This document shows, piece by piece, positions 24,986-35,765 of a DNA stretch of 41,581 bases. Numbering within the stretch: position 1 is the first letter of the stretch; every line of letters starts with the position of its first letter. Made by a program: the position numbers and the translations under genes. Under the pieces are notes generated by a model, which saw nothing but the letters and a program-made list of their open reading frames with translations, did not search any database and had not been told where the DNA came from. Source of the stretch: a virus (lineage: Duplodnaviria > Caudoviricetes); the IMG/VR virus record IMGVR_UViG_3300030397_000152, positions 1 through 41,581 of that record, one strand, 5' to 3'.

Positions 24986-26418
24986 ACCTCAAGCTCCTCA
25001 AACTCTTCGATAGCCTCAACAACTTCAACATCAATTGCATCGGTACAAGCAAGCTCATGCTGCATGATGTTGTAATGACCCTGCCTGTAAAGCTTTGGCT
25101 CTGGATAGTTGTTCCCAAGCTTTTGAGCTGGAATCTTATGCTCATTTGACCACCCACGAAGGTCTGCATTCCTTCGGTACAGGTAGTATGGCATGGCGTT
25201 TCCAGTGATCGTGTGACCTGACTTGATACGGAAAGTTGTCCGGATGTTCATCTTGCGTCTACCCATATTCCCATGATCCACGTTTCCAGTGACTCTGAGC
25301 CACTTCATTAAAGTTCCATTATCATCATAATAATCAAATGAGCTGGTGTAGAGCTTATCATCGTTGTAGTCACCAACAATATGAAGGTTCCACCCAGCAG
25401 CATACGTGTAGTTGTTTCCAAGGTATCTCGCAAAATCAGAGCTTTGCCAGTAGGCCCATTCTGCCCAGTAGTCATTCACATAATCATAGGCATACGTTTT
25501 TTCTGCCGTTGGAAACGTTAAAACATAGAATCCTTTTCCGCCAACGATGTAATGATCGCCCTGAGCATCGTCAGTCTCGCTTAGAGCCTGAATTGTCTTA
25601 TCGTAAGGTGTTGATACCTTTTTGATAGCTCCTGTCGGTGACATGGCGATTATTTCACGGTTGTTGTTTAAGAAAAATATTCCAACAGGTGTATCTACTG
25701 CTGAATACGCTGCAAACGTTCCCTCATTCACAAAGATGTCATTACGTCGGATAAATGGCGTAACACCATCGTTATACCAGAACTCAACAGAGCTTTCTCC
25801 AAAAATAACAATGTTCCGGTTTTTAACCAGAAGCAATGTTGATTTATCGAAGTTAGATTCCGCTGTAGCAAAATCAAGGTTTGACCAGTTGAACGGATTA
25901 CCAACCGCAGAGTAGTAGAACTTATCTGTATTAGTGTCGTTTGCTACCAAATACTGGTCGATAAACGAAATGTGCGTACAACTTGTAGGGGCATCCCCAT
26001 CAGAAAGGAATGCAGGTGCTGTCGTCCCATCTGTGTATGCAATCTGACTACCATTTGCAATAAACAGGTAATCCGTTCCGGAGGAGCTGGCTTCTGCAAA
26101 TACCGCACGAGTCCCAGTTTGAAGCGATACTCCACCAAGATTCACTGTAGTTCCAGTATCATCTGTGACCTTATAAACCGTTCCTCCGGAAACAACAATC
26201 AGTATGGCTCGTTTAGCCCACCAATAAACACCATCAATAGCTGCACCTGATCCGATATCTTTAAACAATAAAAGCCCAGGTCGTCGCTTTGCAACAAAAC
26301 CACCAACGTCCCGTGGAACCAAAATGCCATTAACGTATCGTTCACCTGCTGCGGTATTCGATACGCCACTGACGTTTTGATATGGTTTGGTGTTGAGTGG
26401 TAAAGGTGCTAATGGCAT
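24982..26418 (-). CDS. P22 gp10-like packaged-DNA stabilisation (tail hub) protein
   Basis: KRRPGL, FATAESNFD, FGESSVEFW, FYVLTFPTAEKTYAYD motifs; 478 aa. Confidence 0.85.
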   Translation of the reverse strand: MPLAPLPLNTKPYQNVSGVSNTAAGERYVNGILVPRDVGGFVAKRRPGLLLFKDIGSGAAIDGVYWWAKRAILIVVSGGTVYKVTDDTGTTVNLGGVSLQTGTRAVFAEASSSGTDYLFIANGSQIAYTDGTTAPAFLSDGDAPTSCTHISFIDQYLVANDTNTDKFYYSAVGNPFNWSNLDFATAESNFDKSTLLLVKNRNIVIFGESSVEFWYNDGVTPFIRRNDIFVNEGTFAAYSAVDTPVGIFFLNNNREIIAMSPTGAIKKVSTPYDKTIQALSETDDAQGDHYIVGGKGFYVLTFPTAEKTYAYDYVNDYWAEWAYWQSSDFARYLGNNYTYAAGWNLHIVGDYNDDKLYTSSFDYYDDNGTLMKWLRVTGNVDHGNMGRRKMNIRTTFRIKSGHTITGNAMPYYLYRRNADLRGWSNEHKIPAQKLGNNYPEPKLYRQGHYNIMQHELACTDAIDVEVVEAIEEFEELEV

Positions 26419-26793
26419 TTAGAATGTGAACTCCTTTCCCCACCTAATTGAACCATCGTTATGGTTGTAGCTTACCGATCCAGCAGGAGTTCCAACCTTA
26501 ATTCCTTTTTTGTTATCAATAGACAGATTGACCGTTCTCAACGATCCCTTGTCTGTCTTGTTTACTCTGGCTGCAACAATCCTTGCTTCGTGTGGCATGA
26601 GCGTTTTAGTCTCATTTCGAACAAACGTAGCAATCTTTGCAAGAGCTGCGTTATCAAGGTCTGTGCCTGTATGCTTGGCCACCTCTTCTCCAATATTGAG
26701 AACTGAGTTCACGATCCGGAGATTGTCTGGCTTCGTGATAAAGGTGTATGCCAACATTGCCACCTTGTAGATTTTTCCAATTATCTTCAACAT
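26419..26793 (-). CDS. Hypothetical protein next to endolysin (possible lysis accessory)
   Basis: TAATG-coupled to the endolysin, amphipathic N-terminus. Confidence 0.6.
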   Translation of the reverse strand: MLKIIGKIYKVAMLAYTFITKPDNLRIVNSVLNIGEEVAKHTGTDLDNAALAKIATFVRNETKTLMPHEARIVAARVNKTDKGSLRTVNLSIDNKKGIKVGTPAGSVSYNHNDGSIRWGKEFTF

Positions 26794-27185
26794 TATGCTT
26801 CCTCCATCAGCTGGAAGTGAGGCATATCAAGGAAATTCTTCCATAATCCGCCCCACTCAATTTTATATCCCAGATTCATCGCTGCCTGAAACATCGCACA
26901 AGCTACTTGAGCAAGATGGCCTTCATCCCAAGACGCCTTGCCTTCAACGTAGGCATAAACGTCCAGAGCCATACCAGATTGGTGATAGCTCTTCTTGTAA
27001 AGCCCGTCGGCCTTACTTTTTCCGTCCAAATACAGCTTATGCTGTTGCTCAGGCGATCTCCAACCGCCATATTCCGGAATACCGAAATCGACCTTGGTTA
27101 GTTTAAGCGCTTCCTCTGCTACCTTAACAAGTCGCTCATCAACTCCTTCCATTCTCTTTTTTGACCTACTACTGAACTGAAACAT
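26793..27185 (-). CDS. Endolysin, M15-family L-Ala-D-Glu peptidase
   Basis: RSPEQQ..LY, SYHQSGMALD, WGGLW..FLDMPHFQL. Confidence 0.9.
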   Translation of the reverse strand: MFQFSSRSKKRMEGVDERLVKVAEEALKLTKVDFGIPEYGGWRSPEQQHKLYLDGKSKADGLYKKSYHQSGMALDVYAYVEGKASWDEGHLAQVACAMFQAAMNLGYKIEWGGLWKNFLDMPHFQLMEEA

Positions 27186-27194
27186 AGCTCCTCC

Positions 27195-30100
27195 TTACGA
27201 TATCTTACTGGTATACATTGGTATGTAGTACACAGTTCCATTTACGTTTCGTTTCTCCCAAGCGTTTACAGTTCCAGGAGTAGTTTTAGTTGTTCCAGCA
27301 TCAACACAGAAGTGAGTTCCTGCTGCTGCATCATATCTGATCACACAACCGTCTGTTACCGCTGCTGATCCAGATAAAGAAATGTTCTCAATTACCATTA
27401 TGTTGAATCGAGTGATTGTGTAAGCGTTTGCTGCTGATGGGTCTACCGAGATACAATCAAAATCACCTGAGCTTGCGCTCTGCAAAACTGAAGCATAGAT
27501 AGCTAAAGGCTCGTTTCCAGTTCCTTGCGCCCTCCCTGAGTTTCCAACAAATAACTGACCGCTACAAGTTGTGTCATTTTGGAAGCTACAATTTCCATCA
27601 ATGACATTTATAGCGGTTGTTGGCGACCCCTCAATAGAAAGTGCGACTGATGCTGTTGTATCTACAGTAAAACCACCTGATCCAGTGATGGATATATTTC
27701 CACCCGTAGTAGAAATTGAACTACTTGCTCGAATACTACCTGTAACATCTAATGTTGTACCAGGATTGCTATTATTAATTCCGACCTGATCTGCTCCATC
27801 AATATGAATGGCAGGTGTCGTAACATTGATATCAGTTCCTCTAACAATTGAAAACTCATTTGTTACAGAACCTCCATTTCGTATAACTCCAATTTGCCAC
27901 TCTAATGAGTTTGTTAATTGAAATTGAATACCAGATGTTCTTGTATTTACACCACGATCTATATAAATCGAGCAGTTTCCATTACTTCCACTTGAGGATT
28001 CAAAATGAGTAATCCAATCGCCGGAATCAACATAGCCATGAAGCTCAGCATCCTGACTTGTTGTTCCAATGCCAAGATTCCCATTCACATCAATATTTAC
28101 AACAGTTGATCCACTAGCATCCCAGAATGACATGCCACCAACATCATTGACGTGGATCGCCCCCATACTTGAACCATTTCCAACAAAATCAATACGAGCA
28201 TTTCGTGATCCTGCTGTAGTGTCCTCATCTTCAATTGTAAGAATTGGAGTTTCCGTGTCTGAGTTGCTAGCAATGTGCATGGTTGTGTCTGGCACAATAA
28301 CGCCAACACCCACATTCCCACTGGAGTCAATATTAATACCCTGAGCACTTACTGGCCCAGTATCATAAGCAAGAACGACGGTATCATTAGTATGGTTATA
28401 CCCCAGAACGCTAGTCTTATCAGCACTGGATTTACGACCAATCATTTTCATCTCAACGTAAGCATTTGTGTCATCAGACTCTAACCGAAGATTAACGTCT
28501 CCTGAATCAGATTTAACATGAAGCTCAGCGGATGGGGAATCAACATTTATTCCAACGCCTGTTGAATTATCTATTTTTAATATTGGAACAGAAGCTGAGA
28601 AAGCTTCATTGTAAAAGGCAAACCCAGCGTTTCGACCACCAGCGCTATCAGACCAAAAAACAACATCCGAGCTACTTGACGCAACCCCTATATTCGCCCT
28701 TTCAGTACCTCCAGTTCTCAAAGAGATATTTGGACTATCCGAATTGGAAGCCGTATTTAGTATAAGAGTGCAATCAATAGAGCTATCAGAACTGACATGG
28801 AGTATAGACCCTGGAGACGATGTTCCAATCCCAACCTCGTCAGTAGAGGCGTCCACATAAAACGTATCTGTATTTACATAAAAATCCCCTGAAGAATTAA
28901 TATGAGCTCTTGCAGCTGTATTTACATAAAATTCCATCAGGCTTGAGGAGTGGTTATATAATATTCTTCCTGCATCAGCATCATTCTCATCACCAAATAA
29001 AATCCCTCCAATATTAGTGCTTGGAGTAAGAATATTGATGTAGCAATTATTATTATCTTCAGCAACAATAGCTGCTGAGCTATCAGCACTTACAGACCCA
29101 GCTGATCCCTTATAAGCATGAATTGGAGCATCTGGCGTGGTTATACCACCAACACCAACATATCCAGTGCTATTATCGTAATAAAATCCAGATGATCCCA
29201 TTTGGATGTCACCATCATTGTAAATGTACATCCTTTGAGTCGGAGAAGCTGATCCGTCCAGTGAAGTAAGAAACTGAATCTCTCCTGGCATATCTGAAAC
29301 ACCTGGTGTTCCGTCTACCAAAAATTGAATAGATGCAGCTTGTTGATAATTTGCCCCATCATATCCAAGTGCAAATATTCCTCCAAGCTTATCAGCGTCA
29401 GAGACAATGGTTGGAGACCCAGTTGACCCTCGTGCTTTCATTAAGCCAAGAATAGAAAAGTTTCCAGATGAATTGTTTCCTGTGACAATTTGCTGAGCTG
29501 CAAACGCATCATTTTCTATTTGAAACTGACCAACACCTGCTAATCCAGACGAAACAGGGCTCGTTGAGGCTCCAACGTAAACCTTGTTATTTGAAGAATC
29601 GACATAAAACGTATCTGAGTCAAAATTCCAAGACCCTGTCATCACACCATCTGATATCGTGTTAGTTCCAAAATCAACAGTTCCTATGTTTATCGTCCCA
29701 GACATGTTTAAGTCATTGTTTAAGGTTAAATCTCCATCTGATGTAAACCTCGCTACTTCTGCTGCACCACTACCCTCTGGTTTGGTGTAAAAAACAATAT
29801 GACCACCTGAATCTTGCCCGGCGTTAGAATCTGAGGTTTCTATTTCACCGCCAATCCAAGCAACAACCTTAGCTCCAGAACCAGTAGAATCAGAGCTGTT
29901 ATTTATATTCGCAAAACCATAACCGCCAATTAGAGTACCATCAGTATTTGAACCCCTATAACCAAGGAAGCCTCCACGGGCTACAATGTGATTGTCTGTA
30001 TAAAGACCTTGGCCAATATTCGTAGTTACATCGTCATCATTTTCTAAAACAGCTACACGACCATTAACCTGCAACGTGCTGTCTGGGTTGGAAGTTCCGA

Positions 30101-31472
30101 TACCAAAATTAAACCCAGCATTAATGTAAGAATTTGCGCCTGTTGAAAATAGTATTTCCTGTGATCCACCCGTTTCTAAGAGCGCCAATGCAACTTCATT
30201 TCCTGTAGCCTCAGAAAGAAATATGGCCCCAGAACCTGTAGAGGCAAGAACCCTGGCTACATTCCCAACGCCTGTAGATCGAATATCAACACGATATGTA
30301 GGAGAAGCAGTGCCTATACCAATCCTATTGTTTGAAGAATCAACAACAAGTGTATTCGAATCAAAATTTACATCACCAGATACAGTTCCCTCTCCAATAA
30401 CCATGCCACCAGCACCCATAGATATCTGGCCAACCTCTGTAAAGTTACCGCTGTTAAAATCCCAGTTACCATTTACCTGCCCGTCTGCAATGGTGTTTGT
30501 GCCAAGATCAAGTGTTCCAGACATGGTTAAGTTGCTGACATTCGATACCGCCTGATTATCAAACTCAACAAGCTCTACATTCACAGACCTTCCAGCCGGA
30601 GCTGTAAGTGTCATATCAGAATCCAGCAAACCTGTAAGAATATTGCCATCAAATTCCCAGTAGGAATCAATTACAACATCCGATCCAGATACGGGATTTA
30701 AGTTTAAATCACCAGAAATAGACTCAATAGTGTTCCCAGAGATTTTAACGTTACCAACATTCACACTATTACCCAGTGTTAAATCTCCCTCTGATGTCAG
30801 AGTAAGCTGCTCATCAGTAGTTGATGCAGCTGAAGAGTCTTTGAGCTGAATATGAAAGTTGGTCTCGTTAGCAGATACTTTTTCAGTAATGAGTCGAGCA
30901 ATACCTGGGCTGGTTCCAGCCTCCATCATAATCCCTACCCAGTTTCCGGAGGCACTTACGTTCCGGATTCTGGCAACATCAGAACCCACTGGCGTAACGT
31001 TGATAGATGAGGCGTATGCACTCGTATCGCTACCTGCAACCCCAAAGGCTGTCTGAGGGTCAGTATCCTCTTTGATCCCGATGTTACCACCATCTTTTAG
31101 GGTAATTCCGGTGTTTCCACCATCGTCCTGTATGGTAATACCATCCGCATCAATTGCAGATATTGTCTCGACCTCATTAAGTGCCTCTTGGATGTAGAAA
31201 TACTGAAGGTTATCCCGTGTCTCAATTAAATTATCGTTGGCGTCTCTGATCTCAAACTTGTAGAGACCATCACCAAAAATGAGCCTCTGACCCTGAGCGT
31301 CAAGGATAACTGGATTCGCATGAGGAGTAACCTTGTCCACGTCTTGCCACGTAGTGGCAGGGTTGGAAGTCCCTGCCTCGTACGTGTAAAGCTTTCCAGA
31401 TTGAAGTGGATTTCCAGACTTATCTAGGTAGCCTGCTAAGGCCGACTCAACCTGTGCTGCTTTAGTCGCCAC
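27195..31472 (-). CDS. Tail fibre / receptor-binding protein
   Basis: N-terminal attachment domain (GNPL..GKLYTYEAGT...NPVILDAQG); many (V/I)GIGTxxP..LH(V/I) beta repeats; 1425 aa. Confidence 0.85.
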   Translation of the reverse strand: MATKAAQVESALAGYLDKSGNPLQSGKLYTYEAGTSNPATTWQDVDKVTPHANPVILDAQGQRLIFGDGLYKFEIRDANDNLIETRDNLQYFYIQEALNEVETISAIDADGITIQDDGGNTGITLKDGGNIGIKEDTDPQTAFGVAGSDTSAYASSINVTPVGSDVARIRNVSASGNWVGIMMEAGTSPGIARLITEKVSANETNFHIQLKDSSAASTTDEQLTLTSEGDLTLGNSVNVGNVKISGNTIESISGDLNLNPVSGSDVVIDSYWEFDGNILTGLLDSDMTLTAPAGRSVNVELVEFDNQAVSNVSNLTMSGTLDLGTNTIADGQVNGNWDFNSGNFTEVGQISMGAGGMVIGEGTVSGDVNFDSNTLVVDSSNNRIGIGTASPTYRVDIRSTGVGNVARVLASTGSGAIFLSEATGNEVALALLETGGSQEILFSTGANSYINAGFNFGIGTSNPDSTLQVNGRVAVLENDDDVTTNIGQGLYTDNHIVARGGFLGYRGSNTDGTLIGGYGFANINNSSDSTGSGAKVVAWIGGEIETSDSNAGQDSGGHIVFYTKPEGSGAAEVARFTSDGDLTLNNDLNMSGTINIGTVDFGTNTISDGVMTGSWNFDSDTFYVDSSNNKVYVGASTSPVSSGLAGVGQFQIENDAFAAQQIVTGNNSSGNFSILGLMKARGSTGSPTIVSDADKLGGIFALGYDGANYQQAASIQFLVDGTPGVSDMPGEIQFLTSLDGSASPTQRMYIYNDGDIQMGSSGFYYDNSTGYVGVGGITTPDAPIHAYKGSAGSVSADSSAAIVAEDNNNCYINILTPSTNIGGILFGDENDADAGRILYNHSSSLMEFYVNTAARAHINSSGDFYVNTDTFYVDASTDEVGIGTSSPGSILHVSSDSSIDCTLILNTASNSDSPNISLRTGGTERANIGVASSSSDVVFWSDSAGGRNAGFAFYNEAFSASVPILKIDNSTGVGINVDSPSAELHVKSDSGDVNLRLESDDTNAYVEMKMIGRKSSADKTSVLGYNHTNDTVVLAYDTGPVSAQGINIDSSGNVGVGVIVPDTTMHIASNSDTETPILTIEDEDTTAGSRNARIDFVGNGSSMGAIHVNDVGGMSFWDASGSTVVNIDVNGNLGIGTTSQDAELHGYVDSGDWITHFESSSGSNGNCSIYIDRGVNTRTSGIQFQLTNSLEWQIGVIRNGGSVTNEFSIVRGTDINVTTPAIHIDGADQVGINNSNPGTTLDVTGSIRASSSISTTGGNISITGSGGFTVDTTASVALSIEGSPTTAINVIDGNCSFQNDTTCSGQLFVGNSGRAQGTGNEPLAIYASVLQSASSGDFDCISVDPSAANAYTITRFNIMVIENISLSGSAAVTDGCVIRYDAAAGTHFCVDAGTTKTTPGTVNAWEKRNVNGTVYYIPMYTSKIS

Positions 31473-31476
31473 TCTT

Positions 31477-31845
31477 TTACTTCTCCTCTTTTACTTTGGA
31501 TTCTACCTTTTTACCCTCAAGGGCTTCATCGCACCTTGTGTAGGCAATTGGTGGGAATCCAGCCTTGTTAAGATACTTTTTGATGAATGTGATTTCATCT
31601 GTAGTAAACTCAACAACGCCATCTTTGGCCTCTTCGATTCTTAAACCAAGTTTAAATCGCTTGATTTTATCCTCTCCAGAACACTCAGAATCATCTTTGT
31701 AAGACGACATCAGTGCGTTCATTAAAGCCTCTCCAATCGTTGGATTATGAACTTTTATAGTTTCCCCTGTCTTTGGATTTATTGTTTTATCCTCAGTAGG
31801 TTCACCCTTCAAGTTCAGGATATACTGTTTTACATTTACTTTCAT
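31477..31845 (-). CDS. Hypothetical protein, possibly a tail assembly chaperone
   Basis: 122 aa, GGAG RBS, directly upstream of the tail fibre. Confidence 0.7.
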   Translation of the reverse strand: MKVNVKQYILNLKGEPTEDKTINPKTGETIKVHNPTIGEALMNALMSSYKDDSECSGEDKIKRFKLGLRIEEAKDGVVEFTTDEITFIKKYLNKAGFPPIAYTRCDEALEGKKVESKVKEEK

Positions 31846-31854
31846 GCTGACTCC

Positions 31855-32889
31855 TTATCTGCAATATGATCCTTTTGTGAAGCGATTTCCAACGTTGTCC
31901 CTGTCCTTTATTATAGCAAGCTTCTTGAACTTTTCTGCTTTTCTTTCCAGACGTAGTAGCTTTCCTTCTTTTACCTGATATTCCTCCCCTAGGTGCGTCG
32001 CAAGCTCGTAAGCAAGGAATTTAATCCAGCGATTCAGGAAGTTCTCGGTACTAATTCCTGTATCAGCGCCTAAGTCCATATCGTTGAATATGGTGGTGGC
32101 ATCATAGATGATCAGGTAGTCGGTATCTTCAGGCTGAGGCCACAATCTAAGCATCGGCGTGAAGGTGTCATCAAAGTATGCGTAAATCGGGTCTCCGGTC
32201 TCCGTCTTATCTACAATCTCGTTGTATTGTTCCCTCGATATGAGTTCAATCTCAACATCATCATCGACATCTTCTCTGTACCACACCTGGTTGACTTCAA
32301 GTGTGTTTGGATCGAGCTGGCAATCTTTAATTGCTCGATACTCAGTATTCTGAGCATAAACACTACCTGTAGACCCTTTCTGCTCCCAGTATTGCTTGTA
32401 CGCAGCGCCTGTTACGGGCTTAGTATCTGGGAAGGCTTTCCACGTAATATCGTTGTCAGCAACAGTGGCTCCTGGCTGCTCCGGAAACGTAGGTTCGCTT
32501 CCATCTGACGTGCCATCACCCTGCGCCTGGTAATAGTACCCACCTCTAGTTGAAGGGAAAATAAGATCGCCTTTTGAGTAGGCGGTTGATGATGCCCATG
32601 TTGAGGCATTCGGAGTAGTGTGCGTCCGGATCGCCGTGTAGATATTCGCATCAGAGCCAGTAACTTCCTCGGAAGAGATAAGTGGAACCGACAGCTGAGA
32701 CTTCTTAAACGGGTTCCCAACTTCATTTTGTAGCGCCTGAAGAATCATGTTCAGGGCATCTTGAGCTTCACTGGTCTGGTTGGTTATAAAATCTGAAGAA
32801 GTGTCCTCCCCAGTAGGGAGAACACCGATCAGGCGTAACGCCATGTTAATGATTTTCGCTCTTGTTAAAGTCCAATCATTTACAGGCAT
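31855..32889 (-). CDS. P22 gp4-like head-tail adaptor with inserted CBM-like module
   Basis: IINMALRLIGV, AQDALN, LRLWPQP, LAYELA; insert WASSTAYSKGD...GTSDGSEPTFP...TVADNDITW. Confidence 0.75.
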   Translation of the reverse strand: MPVNDWTLTRAKIINMALRLIGVLPTGEDTSSDFITNQTSEAQDALNMILQALQNEVGNPFKKSQLSVPLISSEEVTGSDANIYTAIRTHTTPNASTWASSTAYSKGDLIFPSTRGGYYYQAQGDGTSDGSEPTFPEQPGATVADNDITWKAFPDTKPVTGAAYKQYWEQKGSTGSVYAQNTEYRAIKDCQLDPNTLEVNQVWYREDVDDDVEIELISREQYNEIVDKTETGDPIYAYFDDTFTPMLRLWPQPEDTDYLIIYDATTIFNDMDLGADTGISTENFLNRWIKFLAYELATHLGEEYQVKEGKLLRLERKAEKFKKLAIIKDRDNVGNRFTKGSYCR

Positions 32890-33134
32890 TACACAGTTAC
32901 CTCATTACCATTTACAGTAGCTGGAGCTGCAATGAGAGCATCGTCATCACTTCCACCGGCTCCGAGTACAGACTCGTAGTCAACGGACGCATTGGTAACG
33001 TCTGCAAAATCAGCATCCATCTTCTGATACGCTGCAATAAGATTGAGTCTCAAATTGACGACCGAGCTCGTTAAAGCAACAAGCAAGGCAACAATGTCTT
33101 TTTGAGATGCACCAGTTGGTTTAATTACACCCAT
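32889..33134 (-). CDS. Small virion-associated hypothetical protein
   Basis: AAGGAG RBS, 81 aa. Confidence 0.65.
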   Translation of the reverse strand: MGVIKPTGASQKDIVALLVALTSSVVNLRLNLIAAYQKMDADFADVTNASVDYESVLGAGGSDDDALIAAPATVNGNEVTV

Positions 33135-33151
33135 GACATTCTCCTTCCTGT

Positions 33152-33190
33152 TCGGGGCTGGGTGAGCACGTTAGCACTCACCCGCTCCGA
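33152..33190 (-). other. GC-rich hairpin after the capsid genes (mRNA stabilising or processing element)
   Basis: GGGTGAG/CTCACCC core with a flanking imperfect stem; no U-tract follows. Confidence 0.5.
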
Positions 33191-33197
33191 TTGCTAA

Positions 33198-33665
33198 TTA
33201 CGAACTAAAGTCTTGATCAGACCCAACAGCGAAATACTTCAATGTGACGTGTGCTTTACCATCCTCAAGGGCGTGGTCAGCAGTCATATATAAAGTAGCT
33301 CCGTTGTCTACGTCAATCCTTGCACCCATTTGAGCGTCTGTTCCCAAAACTCCGGCGTAAACGCCAGCAGAGTTAAGGTTTACAGCATCATCCAATCCAT
33401 TCGGATCAGCTGTAAAAGAAGAGCCAGAAGTTGGTTTTAAACCGAAATCAGCCGTAGCTGTTTCACCATCTTCAGTCTCAACCTCACAGATAAACTCAGT
33501 TGGGATGATGAATCCTCCGTCGATGACAGGAAGATCAGCAATCTCAACAGTATCGAGTGCAGCCACATTATTTGCATCGAAATCCAAAGTAACGTGAATC
33601 ACTTGCTCCACCAATTTCAGACCTTGGCGGATATAGTCTTGCTTCATAGCTGTTATATTTGGCAT
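33198..33665 (-). CDS. Putative capsid decoration/cement protein
   Basis: Acidic beta-rich 155 aa, immediately after the capsid gene, GGAGG RBS. Confidence 0.6.
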   Translation of the reverse strand: MPNITAMKQDYIRQGLKLVEQVIHVTLDFDANNVAALDTVEIADLPVIDGGFIIPTEFICEVETEDGETATADFGLKPTSGSSFTADPNGLDDAVNLNSAGVYAGVLGTDAQMGARIDVDNGATLYMTADHALEDGKAHVTLKYFAVGSDQDFSS

Positions 33666-33677
33666 TTTTTATCCTCC

Positions 33678-34715
33678 TTATGATGCGTCAGAAATCTGAG
33701 TTCGCCCAACAAATACACCAATACTACCGTAATCTTTGCTGTTGAATTGAGGTTTACCTACTGCGTAGTTAAGACGAGTAGCAATACCTGTCTCTTCTTC
33801 GTAGTCGAAATCCTCTTCAACCATTCGCTCTCGCTTACCCCATGCCCAACATAGAGACTGAGCACCAAGCAAGAAACATTCAGCGTAAGGCTGATCAGCA
33901 CTTCCGCCAGCATCAGTTGCAATGTACACGTTCTCGTGCTCGTGAATAACAACGTTATCCCAAACACCAAGCGCTCCAGTGAATAGAGGGTTCTTCTTTC
34001 CTCTGTCATCAGCTTCACGCTTCGCCTGAGCGTAAGTAGAATCGTTTTTCAGATCGAACGCAACGTCAGGGTGAATAAGTAGAACGAAAGTTTTTCGTCC
34101 ATCCACCATAATTGGCCGAAGCGGAGTCTGAGAACGGTTTCCACCAGTAACAGCCCAAGCTCGTAGAGCAGAGATCAACTTCGGAGTCAATTTGTCCTCA
34201 GCAGCCGTAATTGCAGCTTTAGCAGCAGCAGCTGTGGCTTTAGTAGGCGTTCCGTTGTTGTTGTACCATACGGTTGTTGGAGTTCCTCTAAGGGCCGTAA
34301 ACAGAGTCTCATCGATGTACTCAGCCATCCAATCAACGAGTGCGAGACGAGCTTCTTCAAGCTGATCCATTTGGATTCGCTGTTCAGAAAGTCCGTTCTC
34401 AACTCGAACGGCGTGACGTCGTCGAGTCATCGTAACTGAATAGTCATGAGTGGTTAGAGATTCTTCGTTCCCTTCCAACGTTTGACCAGGGCCAACACCA
34501 TTTCCGGACAACCTCATACGGATTCCGAAAGTGATCTTGTCACCTTTCTTGCTCATTAATTCTTTCTTTTCATAAACAATCGAGTTCTTACCTGCAGAAC
34601 CGAAACGGGGTAAAAAGTAAGACTCTTTCGCAGCGTCACGAAACAGTTGCTCACTCTTCGCCATCCAGTGCTTGACGGTAAGAGCGTTACCCGATGCAAA
34701 ACTTGTAGTAGACAT
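33678..34715 (-). CDS. Major capsid protein, N4-gp56/DUF4043 family
   Basis: KGDKITFG, LEGNEE, RHAV, NPLFTGALGVWDNV, LLGAQ, DYG. Confidence 0.92.
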   Translation of the reverse strand: MSTTSFASGNALTVKHWMAKSEQLFRDAAKESYFLPRFGSAGKNSIVYEKKELMSKKGDKITFGIRMRLSGNGVGPGQTLEGNEESLTTHDYSVTMTRRRHAVRVENGLSEQRIQMDQLEEARLALVDWMAEYIDETLFTALRGTPTTVWYNNNGTPTKATAAAAKAAITAAEDKLTPKLISALRAWAVTGGNRSQTPLRPIMVDGRKTFVLLIHPDVAFDLKNDSTYAQAKREADDRGKKNPLFTGALGVWDNVVIHEHENVYIATDAGGSADQPYAECFLLGAQSLCWAWGKRERMVEEDFDYEEETGIATRLNYAVGKPQFNSKDYGSIGVFVGRTQISDAS

Positions 34716-34721
34716 TTAGTT

Positions 34722-35720
34722 TCACCTTCCTAGTTGTTGCTCTATTTGATTTGTATATTCTGCCAATTCCTTGTCAGACATTCGAGCTAGGTCTGCTTGA
34801 GAAGCGTCCAACGTACTTCTTTTCGTTGTTGCTCCTGGTGCAGATGTTGCAGTTCGGTGATTAGCTGCTTGATTGACTTTATCTAGTATTTTTCGAGGCT
34901 TCTTTGACATGATCTCGTTTTTTTCCTGAAGTAGTTTGTTCGATTTGAACATTCTGGCTCCATTCACGAAATTGATTGCTGAGCTTGCTGGAATAATAAA
35001 CGGGTCTTTTTTGAATTGCTCAATGACCTCATCTGTTGTCCCAACCATTCTCTTTTCGCCATCAATCTCAACTTCTCGTGCCGGATCGACCTCTTTCAAA
35101 TAATCAACAATATCATCGACCAAGTCTTTGTAATCAGGAACTACCTGCTCAATAGACTGTCTGTTCTGTCGATAATGAAGTTCTTTCTGAGCGTCGGCTA
35201 ACTGGGATTCAACCTCAGTTTTTTCTTCCCTCGCCTTCAAAGCTTCGTTAGGGTTGTCCCAAAAACCTTGATCTGATGTTTTATTATCAAGATCGGCTTT
35301 TTTTAGCTTCAGAGTGTCTACTTTTTTGAGGAGACCATTGATCATCGATTTCTGTTTTTCGATGAAGTTTCCTCTGTCGTCACTCTTCTTTTGCAGGACA
35401 GATAACTGCTTTTCCAGTTCAGCTATTCGCTCCGCATCGGTTCTGTTTTCCGAGTCTTCGCCTTGCTGATTTTTCGGGGGCTGATTGCCTTCCTCTCCTT
35501 CTTCCTCACTATCAACTTGGTCGGTCTCATCAGTCTCTTCCTCTTCGGAAGTGGGCTGATCTTGCAACTTAGCCAAGTCTTCATCGCTTAGGTTAGCCAT
35601 GTCCACTTGAGACAAATTTTCAATATCTATAGAGCTTTCTTCAGTTTCGGTTGTCTGTTCGGCACTATCTGATACTGCTTCTTCGCCTTGCAAGTCCTGT
35701 GTCGTTTCGGTATCGCTCAT
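34722..35720 (-). CDS. Capsid scaffolding protein
   Basis: Acidic N-terminus, coiled coil, MSDKEL C-terminus; between portal and capsid; GGAGG RBS supports start 35720. Confidence 0.8.
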   Translation of the reverse strand: MSDTETTQDLQGEEAVSDSAEQTTETEESSIDIENLSQVDMANLSDEDLAKLQDQPTSEEEETDETDQVDSEEEGEEGNQPPKNQQGEDSENRTDAERIAELEKQLSVLQKKSDDRGNFIEKQKSMINGLLKKVDTLKLKKADLDNKTSDQGFWDNPNEALKAREEKTEVESQLADAQKELHYRQNRQSIEQVVPDYKDLVDDIVDYLKEVDPAREVEIDGEKRMVGTTDEVIEQFKKDPFIIPASSAINFVNGARMFKSNKLLQEKNEIMSKKPRKILDKVNQAANHRTATSAPGATTKRSTLDASQADLARMSDKELAEYTNQIEQQLGR

Positions 35721-35765
35721 TTTTTCCTCCAGTGTCATATCGGTGTCTTTTTTTCATAATAACAC

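Noticed and set aside
33152-33190. Rho-independent terminator after the capsid genes
   Set aside because: No U-tract on the coding strand; an RBS follows directly.
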